Below, piece by piece: positions 8,384-16,528 of a stretch of DNA of 32,000 nucleotides. The notes below the pieces were generated by a model, which was not told the origin of the DNA, searched no databases, and saw only the letters and a list, made by a program, of their open reading frames with translations. How positions within the stretch are numbered: the first letter of the stretch is position 1; each line of letters begins with the position of its first letter. The position numbers and the translations under genes are program-made. Source of the DNA: Corynebacterium amycolatum (GTDB lineage Bacteria > Actinomycetota > Actinomycetes > Mycobacteriales > Mycobacteriaceae); NCBI RefSeq assembly GCF_049243625.1, contig NZ_CP046975.1; one strand, written 5' to 3'.

Positions 8384-10138
8384 ATGACCGCGACATTGAA
8401 GAACCACGCAGAACAGCGCACTGCTGATCCTTCGAAGCTGCCGGAGGGCTTCACCACTGTGCCGGCGCCATACGGCAAGGATGTTGTCGATGCCGATGGC
8501 AACAAGATGAGCCACGTGTTCGGCGCCGGTGTCGAGCAAGGTGCCGCTCCACTTCGCGATGAGACCCTCGGTGAGAACCTGCGTGCGATTGTGGAGAAAT
8601 TCCCTTCCCGCGACGCCGTCGTTGACGTCTACGCGGATGTCTCCTTTACCTTTGAGCGTTTCTACAACCGAGTTTTGCGCCTGGCCAGCGCTTTCATCCG
8701 GGAGGGCTACCGTCCAGGAGACCGCATCGGCATTTGGTCTACCAACCGATGGGAGTGGACCGTGGTGCAGTACGCCTGCCACCACATCGGCTTGGTGCTG
8801 GTCAACATCAACCCGGCTTACCGCCAGCACGAGCTGAACTACGTGCTGGAAAAGGCAGGTGTGCGTATGGTGTTTGCCGCTCGCCGCTACAAGGACTCCG
8901 ATTACCGAACCATGCTGATCGAGGCCTCCAAGCAGCGCGGTGTGCGCCTGGACAAGGTCATCTACTTCGGTTCGTCCGAATGGTACGAGCACATGCACAG
9001 CGAGATCGACGACCTGAGCGAGTACACCTCCCAGCTGAAACCGGATGATCCAATCAACATCCAGTTCACCTCGGGCACGACAGGCTTTCCCAAGGGCGCT
9101 ACGCTAACGCACCGCAACCTGCTGAACAATGGATACTTCATCGGTGAGCTGTTGGGCTACACCGAGACCGACCGCATCTGTGTGCCGGTGCCGTTCTTCC
9201 ACACCTTCGGCATGGTGATTGGCACCTTCGCCGCCTTCACCCACGGTGCCGCTATTGTCATCCCGGCCCCGTCGTTTAAGGCGCGTGAAACACTCAAGGC
9301 TGTGCACTCGGCCAAGGCCACCAGCCTCTACGGCGTGCCGACGATGTTCATCAATGAGCTTGAAGAAGCTCATGATCAGGAGGAATACGGATCCCCTTAC
9401 GACCTGTCGCTGCTGCGCACAGGTGTGATGGCAGGTACCTCGTGCCCGTCGAAGACCATGCGTGATGTGATGGACAAACTCAATATGCACGAGATTGCCA
9501 TCTGTTACGGCATGACGGAGACCTCGCCGGTGTCCTTCCAGACCCGCGCGGATTCTCCGCTGGAAAAGCGCGTCAACACCGTCGGCCAAATCATGCCGCA
9601 CTTGGAAGCCCGCATCATTTGTGAAGAAACGGGTGAGACGCTGCCGCGAGGCGAACAGGGCGAGGTTGTCGTTCGCGGATACTCCGTTATGAAGGAGTAC
9701 TGGGAACACCCGGAAAAAACCGCCGAGGCCATCGACGCCGACGGCTGGATGCACACCGGCGACTTGGGTGTGCTTGACGACGAGGGCTACCTGTCCATCA
9801 CCGGACGTATTAAGGACATGCTCATCCGTGGCGGTGAGAACATCTACCCGCGCGAAATTGAAGAGTTCCTGTTCACCCACCCGGCTGTCGTCGATGCGCA
9901 GGTCATCGGTGTGCCGGATGACAAGTACGGCGAAGAGATCATGGCATGGGTAATTCTGCACGACGATGTGGAAGACCTCACCGCTGACGATGTGGCGGCC
10001 TTTGCCCACGGCAAGCTGTCGCGTCACAAGATTCCGCGCTACGTCCACGTCGTCGAAGAGTTCCCGATGACCGCGTCGGGCAAGGTCCGCAAGGTCGAGA
10101 TGCGTGAGATGGCTCCGCGAATCCTGGGCTGGGTGTAG
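8384..10138 (+). CDS. AMP-dependent acyl-CoA synthetase/ligase (FadD35 position)
   Basis: 584 aa with the AMP-binding motif FTSGTTGFPKGATLTH, …GEVVVRGYSVMKEYW… and …TGDLG…GRIKDMLIRGGENIYPREIE. Confidence 0.85.
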   Translation: MTATLKNHAEQRTADPSKLPEGFTTVPAPYGKDVVDADGNKMSHVFGAGVEQGAAPLRDETLGENLRAIVEKFPSRDAVVDVYADVSFTFERFYNRVLRLASAFIREGYRPGDRIGIWSTNRWEWTVVQYACHHIGLVLVNINPAYRQHELNYVLEKAGVRMVFAARRYKDSDYRTMLIEASKQRGVRLDKVIYFGSSEWYEHMHSEIDDLSEYTSQLKPDDPINIQFTSGTTGFPKGATLTHRNLLNNGYFIGELLGYTETDRICVPVPFFHTFGMVIGTFAAFTHGAAIVIPAPSFKARETLKAVHSAKATSLYGVPTMFINELEEAHDQEEYGSPYDLSLLRTGVMAGTSCPSKTMRDVMDKLNMHEIAICYGMTETSPVSFQTRADSPLEKRVNTVGQIMPHLEARIICEETGETLPRGEQGEVVVRGYSVMKEYWEHPEKTAEAIDADGWMHTGDLGVLDDEGYLSITGRIKDMLIRGGENIYPREIEEFLFTHPAVVDAQVIGVPDDKYGEEIMAWVILHDDVEDLTADDVAAFAHGKLSRHKIPRYVHVVEEFPMTASGKVRKVEMREMAPRILGWV

Positions 10139-10142
10139 AACA

Positions 10143-10895
10143 ATGTCAAAAACAACTGATCAGACCGGCCGAGAGCTTGTCGCAGGCCTTGTCACTGATG
10201 GAATGACCCTGGCAGTTGGCGGCTTTGGCCTGTGTGGTGTGCCATATACCCTCATCGAAGGCGTGCGCGACTCCGGGGCAAAAGACCTCACCATCGTGTC
10301 CAACAACATGGGCATTGACGGTACTGGACTCGGCATTCTGTTGGAGAACAAACAGGTGGCAAAGGTAGTGGCCTCCTACGTCGGCGAGAACAAGGAGTTT
10401 GCCCGCCAGTACCTCGAAGGAGAAATCGAGGTGGAGTTCACCCCTCAGGGAACTCTGGCTGAGCGGCTTCGCGCAGGGGGCGCAGGTATTCCCGCGTTCT
10501 ACACCGCAACCGGCGTCGGCACGCTCGTTGCAGAGGGCAAGCCCCACGCCGACTTCGACGGGCAGACCTACGTGCAGGAGCGTGGCATCGTTGCTGACAT
10601 TGGCCTGGTGCACGCCTACCACGGCGATATCGAGGGCAACCTTGTCTATCGCCGGACCGCGCAGAACTTCAACCCGCTGTGCGCAGCATCCGGCAGGGTG
10701 ACCGTTGCGGAGGTGGAGCACTTGCTTGGCCGCGGTGAGATCGACCCGGATCTGGTGATGACTCCGGGTGTGTATATCCAGCACATCGTCCGCGGTGACG
10801 GCCGTGAGAAGCTCATTGAAAAGCGCACAACTCGGCCACGCAATACCGATTCCAGCCACGATGCCGGTGACGCGGCAGCAGGGGAGGAGATTTAA
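10143..10895 (+). CDS. scoA: Succinyl-CoA:3-ketoacid CoA-transferase subunit A
   Basis: From ATG 10143: MSKTTDQTGRELVAGLVTDGMTLAVGGFGLCGVP…SNNMGIDG…, CoA-transferase family I subunit A. The ORF-track start at 10104 overlaps the upstream gene. Confidence 0.85.
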   Translation: MSKTTDQTGRELVAGLVTDGMTLAVGGFGLCGVPYTLIEGVRDSGAKDLTIVSNNMGIDGTGLGILLENKQVAKVVASYVGENKEFARQYLEGEIEVEFTPQGTLAERLRAGGAGIPAFYTATGVGTLVAEGKPHADFDGQTYVQERGIVADIGLVHAYHGDIEGNLVYRRTAQNFNPLCAASGRVTVAEVEHLLGRGEIDPDLVMTPGVYIQHIVRGDGREKLIEKRTTRPRNTDSSHDAGDAAAGEEI

Positions 10896-11564
10896 ATGGC
10901 ACCTGCGAAGACAATTATGGACAAGGGCTGGAGCCGTGACGAGATGGCACAGCAGGCCGCCGAAGAGCTGCGCGATGGCGACTATGTGAATCTGGGTATC
11001 GGCATTCCGACACTGGTGGCAAACCATATTCCCGAAGGTGTGCGTGTTCTGCTGCAGAGTGAAAACGGAATTCTGGGAATGGGCGCCTTCCCATATGAAG
11101 GTGAAGAGGACGCCGACCTTATCAATGCGGGCAAGCAGACCGTGACATTGGTGCCGGGCGCGGCAATCTTCGACTCCGCCACCAGCTTCGGCATGATTCG
11201 CGGCGGTGCTGTGAAAATGGCCGTGTTGGGTGCAATGGAGGTTAGCCAGTGCGGTGGCCTGGCCAACTGGATGATTCCAGGAAAGATGGTCAAGGGCATG
11301 GGCGGCGCGATGGACTTAGTCGCTGGTACCCCTCGAGTGGTGGTTTTGACCGATCACGTTTCCAAAGATGGCAAACCAAAATTGGTAAAAGCCTGCGAAC
11401 TGCCCCTCACAGGTGCAAAAGTAGTGAAAAGGATTATTAGCAACCTGGGAAGCTTCGATGTCGCTGATGATCACCTGGTGTTACGCAGGCTGGCACCTGG
11501 GGTGACGCTAGCCGATATCGAGGCCAACACCGAAGCCGCATACGTGGTTGACCTCGAGAATTAA
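10896..11564 (+). CDS. scoB: Succinyl-CoA:3-ketoacid CoA-transferase subunit B
   Basis: 222 aa with the active-site Glu motif [11 protein letters not shown]. The ATG directly abuts the scoA stop. Confidence 0.85.
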   Translation: MAPAKTIMDKGWSRDEMAQQAAEELRDGDYVNLGIGIPTLVANHIPEGVRVLLQSENGILGMGAFPYEGEEDADLINAGKQTVTLVPGAAIFDSATSFGMIRGGAVKMAVLGAMEVSQCGGLANWMIPGKMVKGMGGAMDLVAGTPRVVVLTDHVSKDGKPKLVKACELPLTGAKVVKRIISNLGSFDVADDHLVLRRLAPGVTLADIEANTEAAYVVDLEN

Positions 11565-11622
11565 ATACGCAGCAATCATGGTCAGTCCACACTCATCAGA
11601 TTTGACTTAGGAGAATCCATCC

Positions 11623-12831
11623 ATGAGTAACCTTCCAGCTCCCAGCCCGAATGATGTCGTTATCCTCGCCGGTGCCCGCACCCCGCAGGGCAAGCTGCTC
11701 GGCCAGCTGGCACCGCTTACTTCCGTCGAACTCGGCGCACATGCTGTCAAGCACGCTGTCCAGCGTTCCGGCGTTGCCCCGGAAGAGGTTCAGCACGTCG
11801 TTCTGGGCCAGGTGATTCTCGCAGGCGCTGGCCAGAACCCGGCCCGACAGGTCGCCATTAAGGCAGGTCTGCCATGGAATACGACCGCTGAGATCGTTAA
11901 CAAAGTCTGCCTCTCGGGCCTAAACGCTGTCATTCACGCTGCTCGCCTGATTCGTCTCGGTGATGCAGACGTTGTTGTTGCAGGTGGTCAGGAGTCCATG
12001 ACGCACGCTCCGCACGTTGCACGCGGTGTTCGTCAGGGCAAGTCCTTCGGTGCGCTGAAGCTGGAGGACACCTTGGAGCGCGACGGTCTGGTCGACTCCT
12101 TCGATGGTGTGTCCATGGGTACGCTTACCGACGGTCCGAACAGCGACCTCGGCATTAGCCGCGAGCAGCAGGACGAAGTTGCGGCCGCTTCTCACCAGCG
12201 TGCAGCCAAGGCGCAGGAAGACGGCATTTTCGCGCAGGAAATCGCTCCAATCGAGATTCCGCAGCGCAAGGGTGACCCGGTAGTTGTCGACACCGACCAG
12301 GGCATTCGCCCGGAGACCACTGTGGAGACCCTGGCTAAGCTGCGTCCGGTCTTCCTGAAGGAAAACGGCACCATCACTGCCGGTAACTCCTCGCCGATTT
12401 CCGACGGTGCCGCAGCAGTTGTGCTGGCATCGCGTGCCTACGCAGAGAAGCACGGCCTGGACTACCTCGCAGTTGTGGGCAAGGCCGGCCAGACCGCAGG
12501 TCCGGATAACTCCCTGCACGCTCAGCCGGCGGACTCTTTGAAGGAGGCTCTGCGTCGCGCTGAGTGGGACGCGCAGGAGCTTGACTTCATCGAGATCAAC
12601 GAGGCATTTGGTGCGGTGGCCGTCAAGTCCCTGCGTGAGCTGGACTACCCGCTGGAAAAGACCAACATCCACGGTGGCGCGATTGCCCTCGGCCACCCGA
12701 TTGGCTGCTCCGGTGCCCGCCTGACTCTGACCGCTGCAATGGAGCTGAACCGTCGCGGTTCGGGTCGCGCTGGTGTGTCCCTGTGTGGTGGCGGCGGCCA
12801 GGGCGACGCGCTGCTGCTGTACCGCGACTAA
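11623..12831 (+). CDS. Acetyl-CoA C-acetyltransferase (thiolase II)
   Basis: 402 aa with the nucleophile Cys context VNKVCLSGLNAV and the C-terminal motifs NIHGGAIALGHPIGCSGARL and CGGGGQG. Confidence 0.9.
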   Translation: MSNLPAPSPNDVVILAGARTPQGKLLGQLAPLTSVELGAHAVKHAVQRSGVAPEEVQHVVLGQVILAGAGQNPARQVAIKAGLPWNTTAEIVNKVCLSGLNAVIHAARLIRLGDADVVVAGGQESMTHAPHVARGVRQGKSFGALKLEDTLERDGLVDSFDGVSMGTLTDGPNSDLGISREQQDEVAAASHQRAAKAQEDGIFAQEIAPIEIPQRKGDPVVVDTDQGIRPETTVETLAKLRPVFLKENGTITAGNSSPISDGAAAVVLASRAYAEKHGLDYLAVVGKAGQTAGPDNSLHAQPADSLKEALRRAEWDAQELDFIEINEAFGAVAVKSLRELDYPLEKTNIHGGAIALGHPIGCSGARLTLTAAMELNRRGSGRAGVSLCGGGGQGDALLLYRD

Positions 12832-12853
12832 TCGCATAGGTTAAAAACTCAGT

Positions 12854-12906
12854 AAACCCGCGTTGTGGTTTCCACTCTATGGACCCCACAACGCGGGTTT
12901 TGTTGT
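12854..12906 (+). terminator. Strong rho-independent terminator ending the catabolic operon
   Basis: A perfect 15-bp stem pairs aaacccgcgttgtgg (12854-12868) with ccacaacgcgggttt (12886-12900), followed by a T-rich tail. Confidence 0.8.
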
Positions 12907-12960
12907 CTCCTGGGAGAGCCTGCGCGAAGGTGATTCGAGTTTTCAATTAGGTTAGGAGCT

Positions 12961-13824
12961 ATGACAGGCTTTAGCTCCCTCGATGGTGAACAGACCTTCC
13001 CTTGGCTTCCCTCTGGCCCGGCGCTACTCTTCGCCCCGGCTGACCGTCCGGAACGTTTCCAGAAAGCTGCTGAACGATCGGACATGGTCATTATTGACCT
13101 GGAGGACGGCGCTGCCGTTGACAATCACGAGCAGGCACGTGCGAACATCATCAACAATCCGCTCGACCCGGAGGTGACTATTCTTCGGATTACCGGTCCT
13201 GGGACTCCGACCTTCGCGGAGGATGTCGCCTTTGCCCGTACATGTGACTACGACATCGTCATGGTGCCCAAGATTCGAGACTCCATTCCCGCAGAGCTCG
13301 AAGGGTTGAAGATCATCGCGATGATTGAAACCCCGCAGGCCATGATTAATATCCAGCAGATTGCCACGCACCAGGACGTTGTGGGGCTGTTCTGGGGTGC
13401 CGAAGACCTGACCGCCGAACTCGGTGGGGCGTCCTCGCGTCAGAGTGTGGATGAAAACCCTCGTCGCCACTACCGCGATCCGCAGCGATTGGCTCGTGCA
13501 CTCGTTCAGGTGCATGCAGCTGCAGCGGGTATTGCCGCCATTGATGCCGTTCATACTGACTTTCGCGATGAGCGCGGCCAGTACCTAGAGGCTCTCGATG
13601 CCGTGGGCTGTGGTTTCTTGGCTACGGCCTGCATCCACCCGGCGATGGTGCCGCCGGTGCGCAAGGCATATAAGCCGTCGGAAGCAACGCTCGCCCGCGC
13701 CCGGAAGATTGTCGATCACGCAGGTACGCACACTGGCGCCTTCCAGCTCGATGGCGAGATGATTGACGCGCCCGTCGTAAAGCAGGCGGTGGCAGCGCTC
13801 GCGCGTGCGGGAATTACGGAGTAA
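12961..13824 (+). CDS. Second CitE/HpcH-family acyl-CoA lyase paralogue
   Basis: 287 aa. The N-terminus (LLFAPADRPERFQKAAERSDMVIIDLEDG…AMIETP…FWGAEDL) closely parallels the citE at 7402-8280. It has its own RBS (AGGAG) downstream of the terminator. Confidence 0.75.
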   Translation: MTGFSSLDGEQTFPWLPSGPALLFAPADRPERFQKAAERSDMVIIDLEDGAAVDNHEQARANIINNPLDPEVTILRITGPGTPTFAEDVAFARTCDYDIVMVPKIRDSIPAELEGLKIIAMIETPQAMINIQQIATHQDVVGLFWGAEDLTAELGGASSRQSVDENPRRHYRDPQRLARALVQVHAAAAGIAAIDAVHTDFRDERGQYLEALDAVGCGFLATACIHPAMVPPVRKAYKPSEATLARARKIVDHAGTHTGAFQLDGEMIDAPVVKQAVAALARAGITE

Positions 13825-14976
13825 CTAGCGGCGGGATTTCGCCAGGTTCTCGGTGACTTTCCGGTCGATGCGGCCGAAGTTGTAGTACGCCGCACAAGCG
13901 CCTTCGGGGGAGACCATGCAGGTGCCGATGGGGGTCGCCGGGGTGCAGGCGGTGCCGAAGACCGCGCATTGCCACGGCTTGATGTGGCCGGTGAGCACAG
14001 ATCCGCATTCGCAGGTCACGGGGTCTGGGATCCGGCGCCCCGGCACCTGGAAACGGCGCTCGGCATCGAATGCTGCGTATTCCTCAGAGATGCCGAGGCC
14101 GGAGTTTTCAATCCAGCCGAGGCCGCGCCACTCGAAGATGTCGCGGAGGGAAAAGACGCGGTCCATAAGTTTCTGCGCGGTGGTGTTGCCGGAGGAGCGC
14201 ACAACGCGCGCGTACTGGTTGTCCACCCGCGACTTACCGGCAGCAACGTCGCCGCTGACGAATTGATCTAGCAGCATGACGACGGCCTGGAGTACATCCA
14301 ATGGCTCAAAACCGGTGACCGCCACTGGCAGATTGAACTCGCGCGGCAGGAACTCGAAAGCGTCCGTGCCGGTGGTGGTGGCCACGTGGCCTGGGCCGAT
14401 AAACCCATCAACCTTGGTTTCGCCGCCGTTGACGATGGCGCGCAGCGGCGGCTCGATAAGTACGTGGTTGGAAAACACGGAGAAGTTTTCCACACCCTGC
14501 CGGCGTGCGGCCTCAACGGTCACGGCAGTCGACGGGGCGGTGGTCTCGAACCCGACGGCGAAGAAAACGACCTGCTTATCGGGGTTGTCGGTGGCAATTT
14601 TCAGCGCGTCGAGAGGCGAGTAGACAAAGCGTACATCGGCGCCGCGCGCACGTGCCTGCATCAGCGACGTTTCGGACCCCGGCACGCGCATCATGTCGCC
14701 GAAGGTCGTGAAAATGACGTCTTCCTGCTGTGCCAGCCAGATGGCATCGTCGACGCGCCCCATGGGGATGACACAGACGGGGCAGCCGGGTCCGTGAATC
14801 AGCTCGATGTTCTCCGGCAGGAGGTTTTCCAAGCCGTAGCGGTAAATGGTGTGCGTGTGCCCGCCACAGACTTCCATCAGTGCGATGGGCTTTTCCAGCT
14901 TGGTGGCCTCGCGTTCAATGCGTGCGAGCAGCTTCTTCGCAGCGGCGGGATCGCGGAATTCGTCAACGTATTTCAT
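13825..14976 (-). CDS. hypD: [NiFe]-hydrogenase maturation protein HypD
   Basis: From ATG 14976: MKYVDEFRDPAAAKKLL…, with EVCGGHTH, GPGCPVCV and GFETTAPS motifs. The longer ORF-track start (15048) would overlap hypC. Confidence 0.9.
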   Translation of the reverse strand: MKYVDEFRDPAAAKKLLARIEREATKLEKPIALMEVCGGHTHTIYRYGLENLLPENIELIHGPGCPVCVIPMGRVDDAIWLAQQEDVIFTTFGDMMRVPGSETSLMQARARGADVRFVYSPLDALKIATDNPDKQVVFFAVGFETTAPSTAVTVEAARRQGVENFSVFSNHVLIEPPLRAIVNGGETKVDGFIGPGHVATTTGTDAFEFLPREFNLPVAVTGFEPLDVLQAVVMLLDQFVSGDVAAGKSRVDNQYARVVRSSGNTTAQKLMDRVFSLRDIFEWRGLGWIENSGLGISEEYAAFDAERRFQVPGRRIPDPVTCECGSVLTGHIKPWQCAVFGTACTPATPIGTCMVSPEGACAAYYNFGRIDRKVTENLAKSRR

Positions 14977-14992
14977 GGTGCCGTCCAGCCCC

Positions 14993-15262
14993 TTAGTTGA
15001 TCTGTGACGATGAGAAGGATTCCAGCTCATCCTCGTAAGCGTCGCCACCTAGCTGTTTGATTTGCTGGAGCGAGAGCCTGGCCTCTTCCTCGTCGATCTT
15101 GCTCATGGCGAAACCGACATGTACGAGAACCCAATCACCGGCGGTGAGGTTCTCGTCAATAAGTAAATCGGTGGAAATCATGCGTGCGACGCCACCAATT
15201 TCCACTGTTGCACGGGCAGCATCGTGGACTTCCGTGATGACGGCGGGGACACCAAGACACAT
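14993..15262 (-). CDS. hypC: [NiFe]-hydrogenase maturation chaperone HypC
   Basis: From ATG 15262: MCLGVPAVITEV… (essential Cys2) and DWVLVHVGFA. A GAGGAGA RBS lies upstream. The ORF-track start at 15301 adds 13 non-homologous residues. Confidence 0.85.
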   Translation of the reverse strand: MCLGVPAVITEVHDAARATVEIGGVARMISTDLLIDENLTAGDWVLVHVGFAMSKIDEEEARLSLQQIKQLGGDAYEDELESFSSSQIN

Positions 15263-15385
15263 ACGCTTCTCCTCGTTTGCAATACTTTTCGAGACTACCA
15301 TCAGGAGCAGCGAGCCTCGTTTTCGAAGGACGAGTGACGCAAGCAGTTTTGTCCGCCAGCAGCTGTGAAGTTAGGGATAGTGAGC

Positions 15386-16528
15386 ATGCAGCCGAAGAAT
15401 CGTCTGAACACCAACGAAGCCAAGGTAAACACCAATATTGGTCGCGTTCGGGCACGTCCGTTCAGGCTTCTCGACGACTACGTCACCCTGCAACACGGCT
15501 CCGGCGGAAAGGCATCCGCAGCTCTGGTTGAACAGGTCTTTTTCGATGCCTATGGCAATGAAATTTTAGGGCAGGGTGGCGACTCCGGGCTCTTCGCTGC
15601 CGATGCCGTCGTCAAGGCTGCGACAGCTTCTGCACATGGCGGGGCGCGTTTGGCAATGTCCACTGACTCCTACGTGGTCAATCCCATCGAGTTCCCGGGC
15701 GGCAACATCGGCGATTTGGCCGTCAACGGCACGATCAACGATCTGGCGGTAGCCGGAGCCAGGCCGCTGGCGCTGACCGCATCGTTCATCCTGGAAGAGG
15801 GGCTGGAGATCGCGACTCTCCGTCGCATCGTGGCGAGTATGCGCACCGCTGCCGATGCCGCAGGGGTGAGCATCGTCGCCGGCGACACCAAGGTTGTGCC
15901 GAAGGGCGCAGGTGACCAGGTCTACATCACCACGGCCGGGGTGGGCGTGGTCCGCGGCGACTACGCAGGTGCCGCTACGGAAGGATCTGTCTACACAAAC
16001 ATCGAGGCCGGAGACCGCATCCTCGTCTCCGGTCCAATCGCCGATCACGGCATGGCCGTCATGCTCGCCCGCGGCGACTTGGCTCTGGCCGCGCCTATCG
16101 AGACCGATACCCGCGCAGTCAACGGTCTGGTCGAAGCGCTACTTGAAGCTGCACCCGGCACTCGCTGGATGCGCGATGCCACCCGCGGCGGCCTCGGCAC
16201 GGTCGCCAACGAGCTCGCCCGTGGCACCGGTTTTGGTGTCGTGCTTGACGACGAATCCATTGCAGTCCGTGAAATGACCCGTGGCGCCTGTGACATGCTC
16301 GGCATCGATCCGCTCTACGTCGCCAATGAAGGCACCTTCGTCGCCGTTGTCCCGGCTGAGCAATCCGAGGCAGCGCTCAGTGCGCTCCACGCAGCCGGGG
16401 CTTCCGAGGCTCGTGATATCGGCTCCATCGAGGACGATCCCGCCGCTTCCGTGGTGCTGGTCACCGGATTCGGTGGCACCCGCATGGTGGACATGTTGGT
16501 CGGCGACCCGCTGCCGCGCATCTGCTAG
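15386..16528 (+). CDS. hypE: [NiFe]-hydrogenase maturation protein HypE (carbamoyl dehydratase)
   Basis: It has the LQHGSGGKAS motif, an AIR-synthase-like fold pattern and an invariant C-terminal …GDPLPRIC. The start is ambiguous: ATG 15386, GTG 15380 or GTG 15365. Confidence 0.85.
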   Translation: MQPKNRLNTNEAKVNTNIGRVRARPFRLLDDYVTLQHGSGGKASAALVEQVFFDAYGNEILGQGGDSGLFAADAVVKAATASAHGGARLAMSTDSYVVNPIEFPGGNIGDLAVNGTINDLAVAGARPLALTASFILEEGLEIATLRRIVASMRTAADAAGVSIVAGDTKVVPKGAGDQVYITTAGVGVVRGDYAGAATEGSVYTNIEAGDRILVSGPIADHGMAVMLARGDLALAAPIETDTRAVNGLVEALLEAAPGTRWMRDATRGGLGTVANELARGTGFGVVLDDESIAVREMTRGACDMLGIDPLYVANEGTFVAVVPAEQSEAALSALHAAGASEARDIGSIEDDPAASVVLVTGFGGTRMVDMLVGDPLPRIC

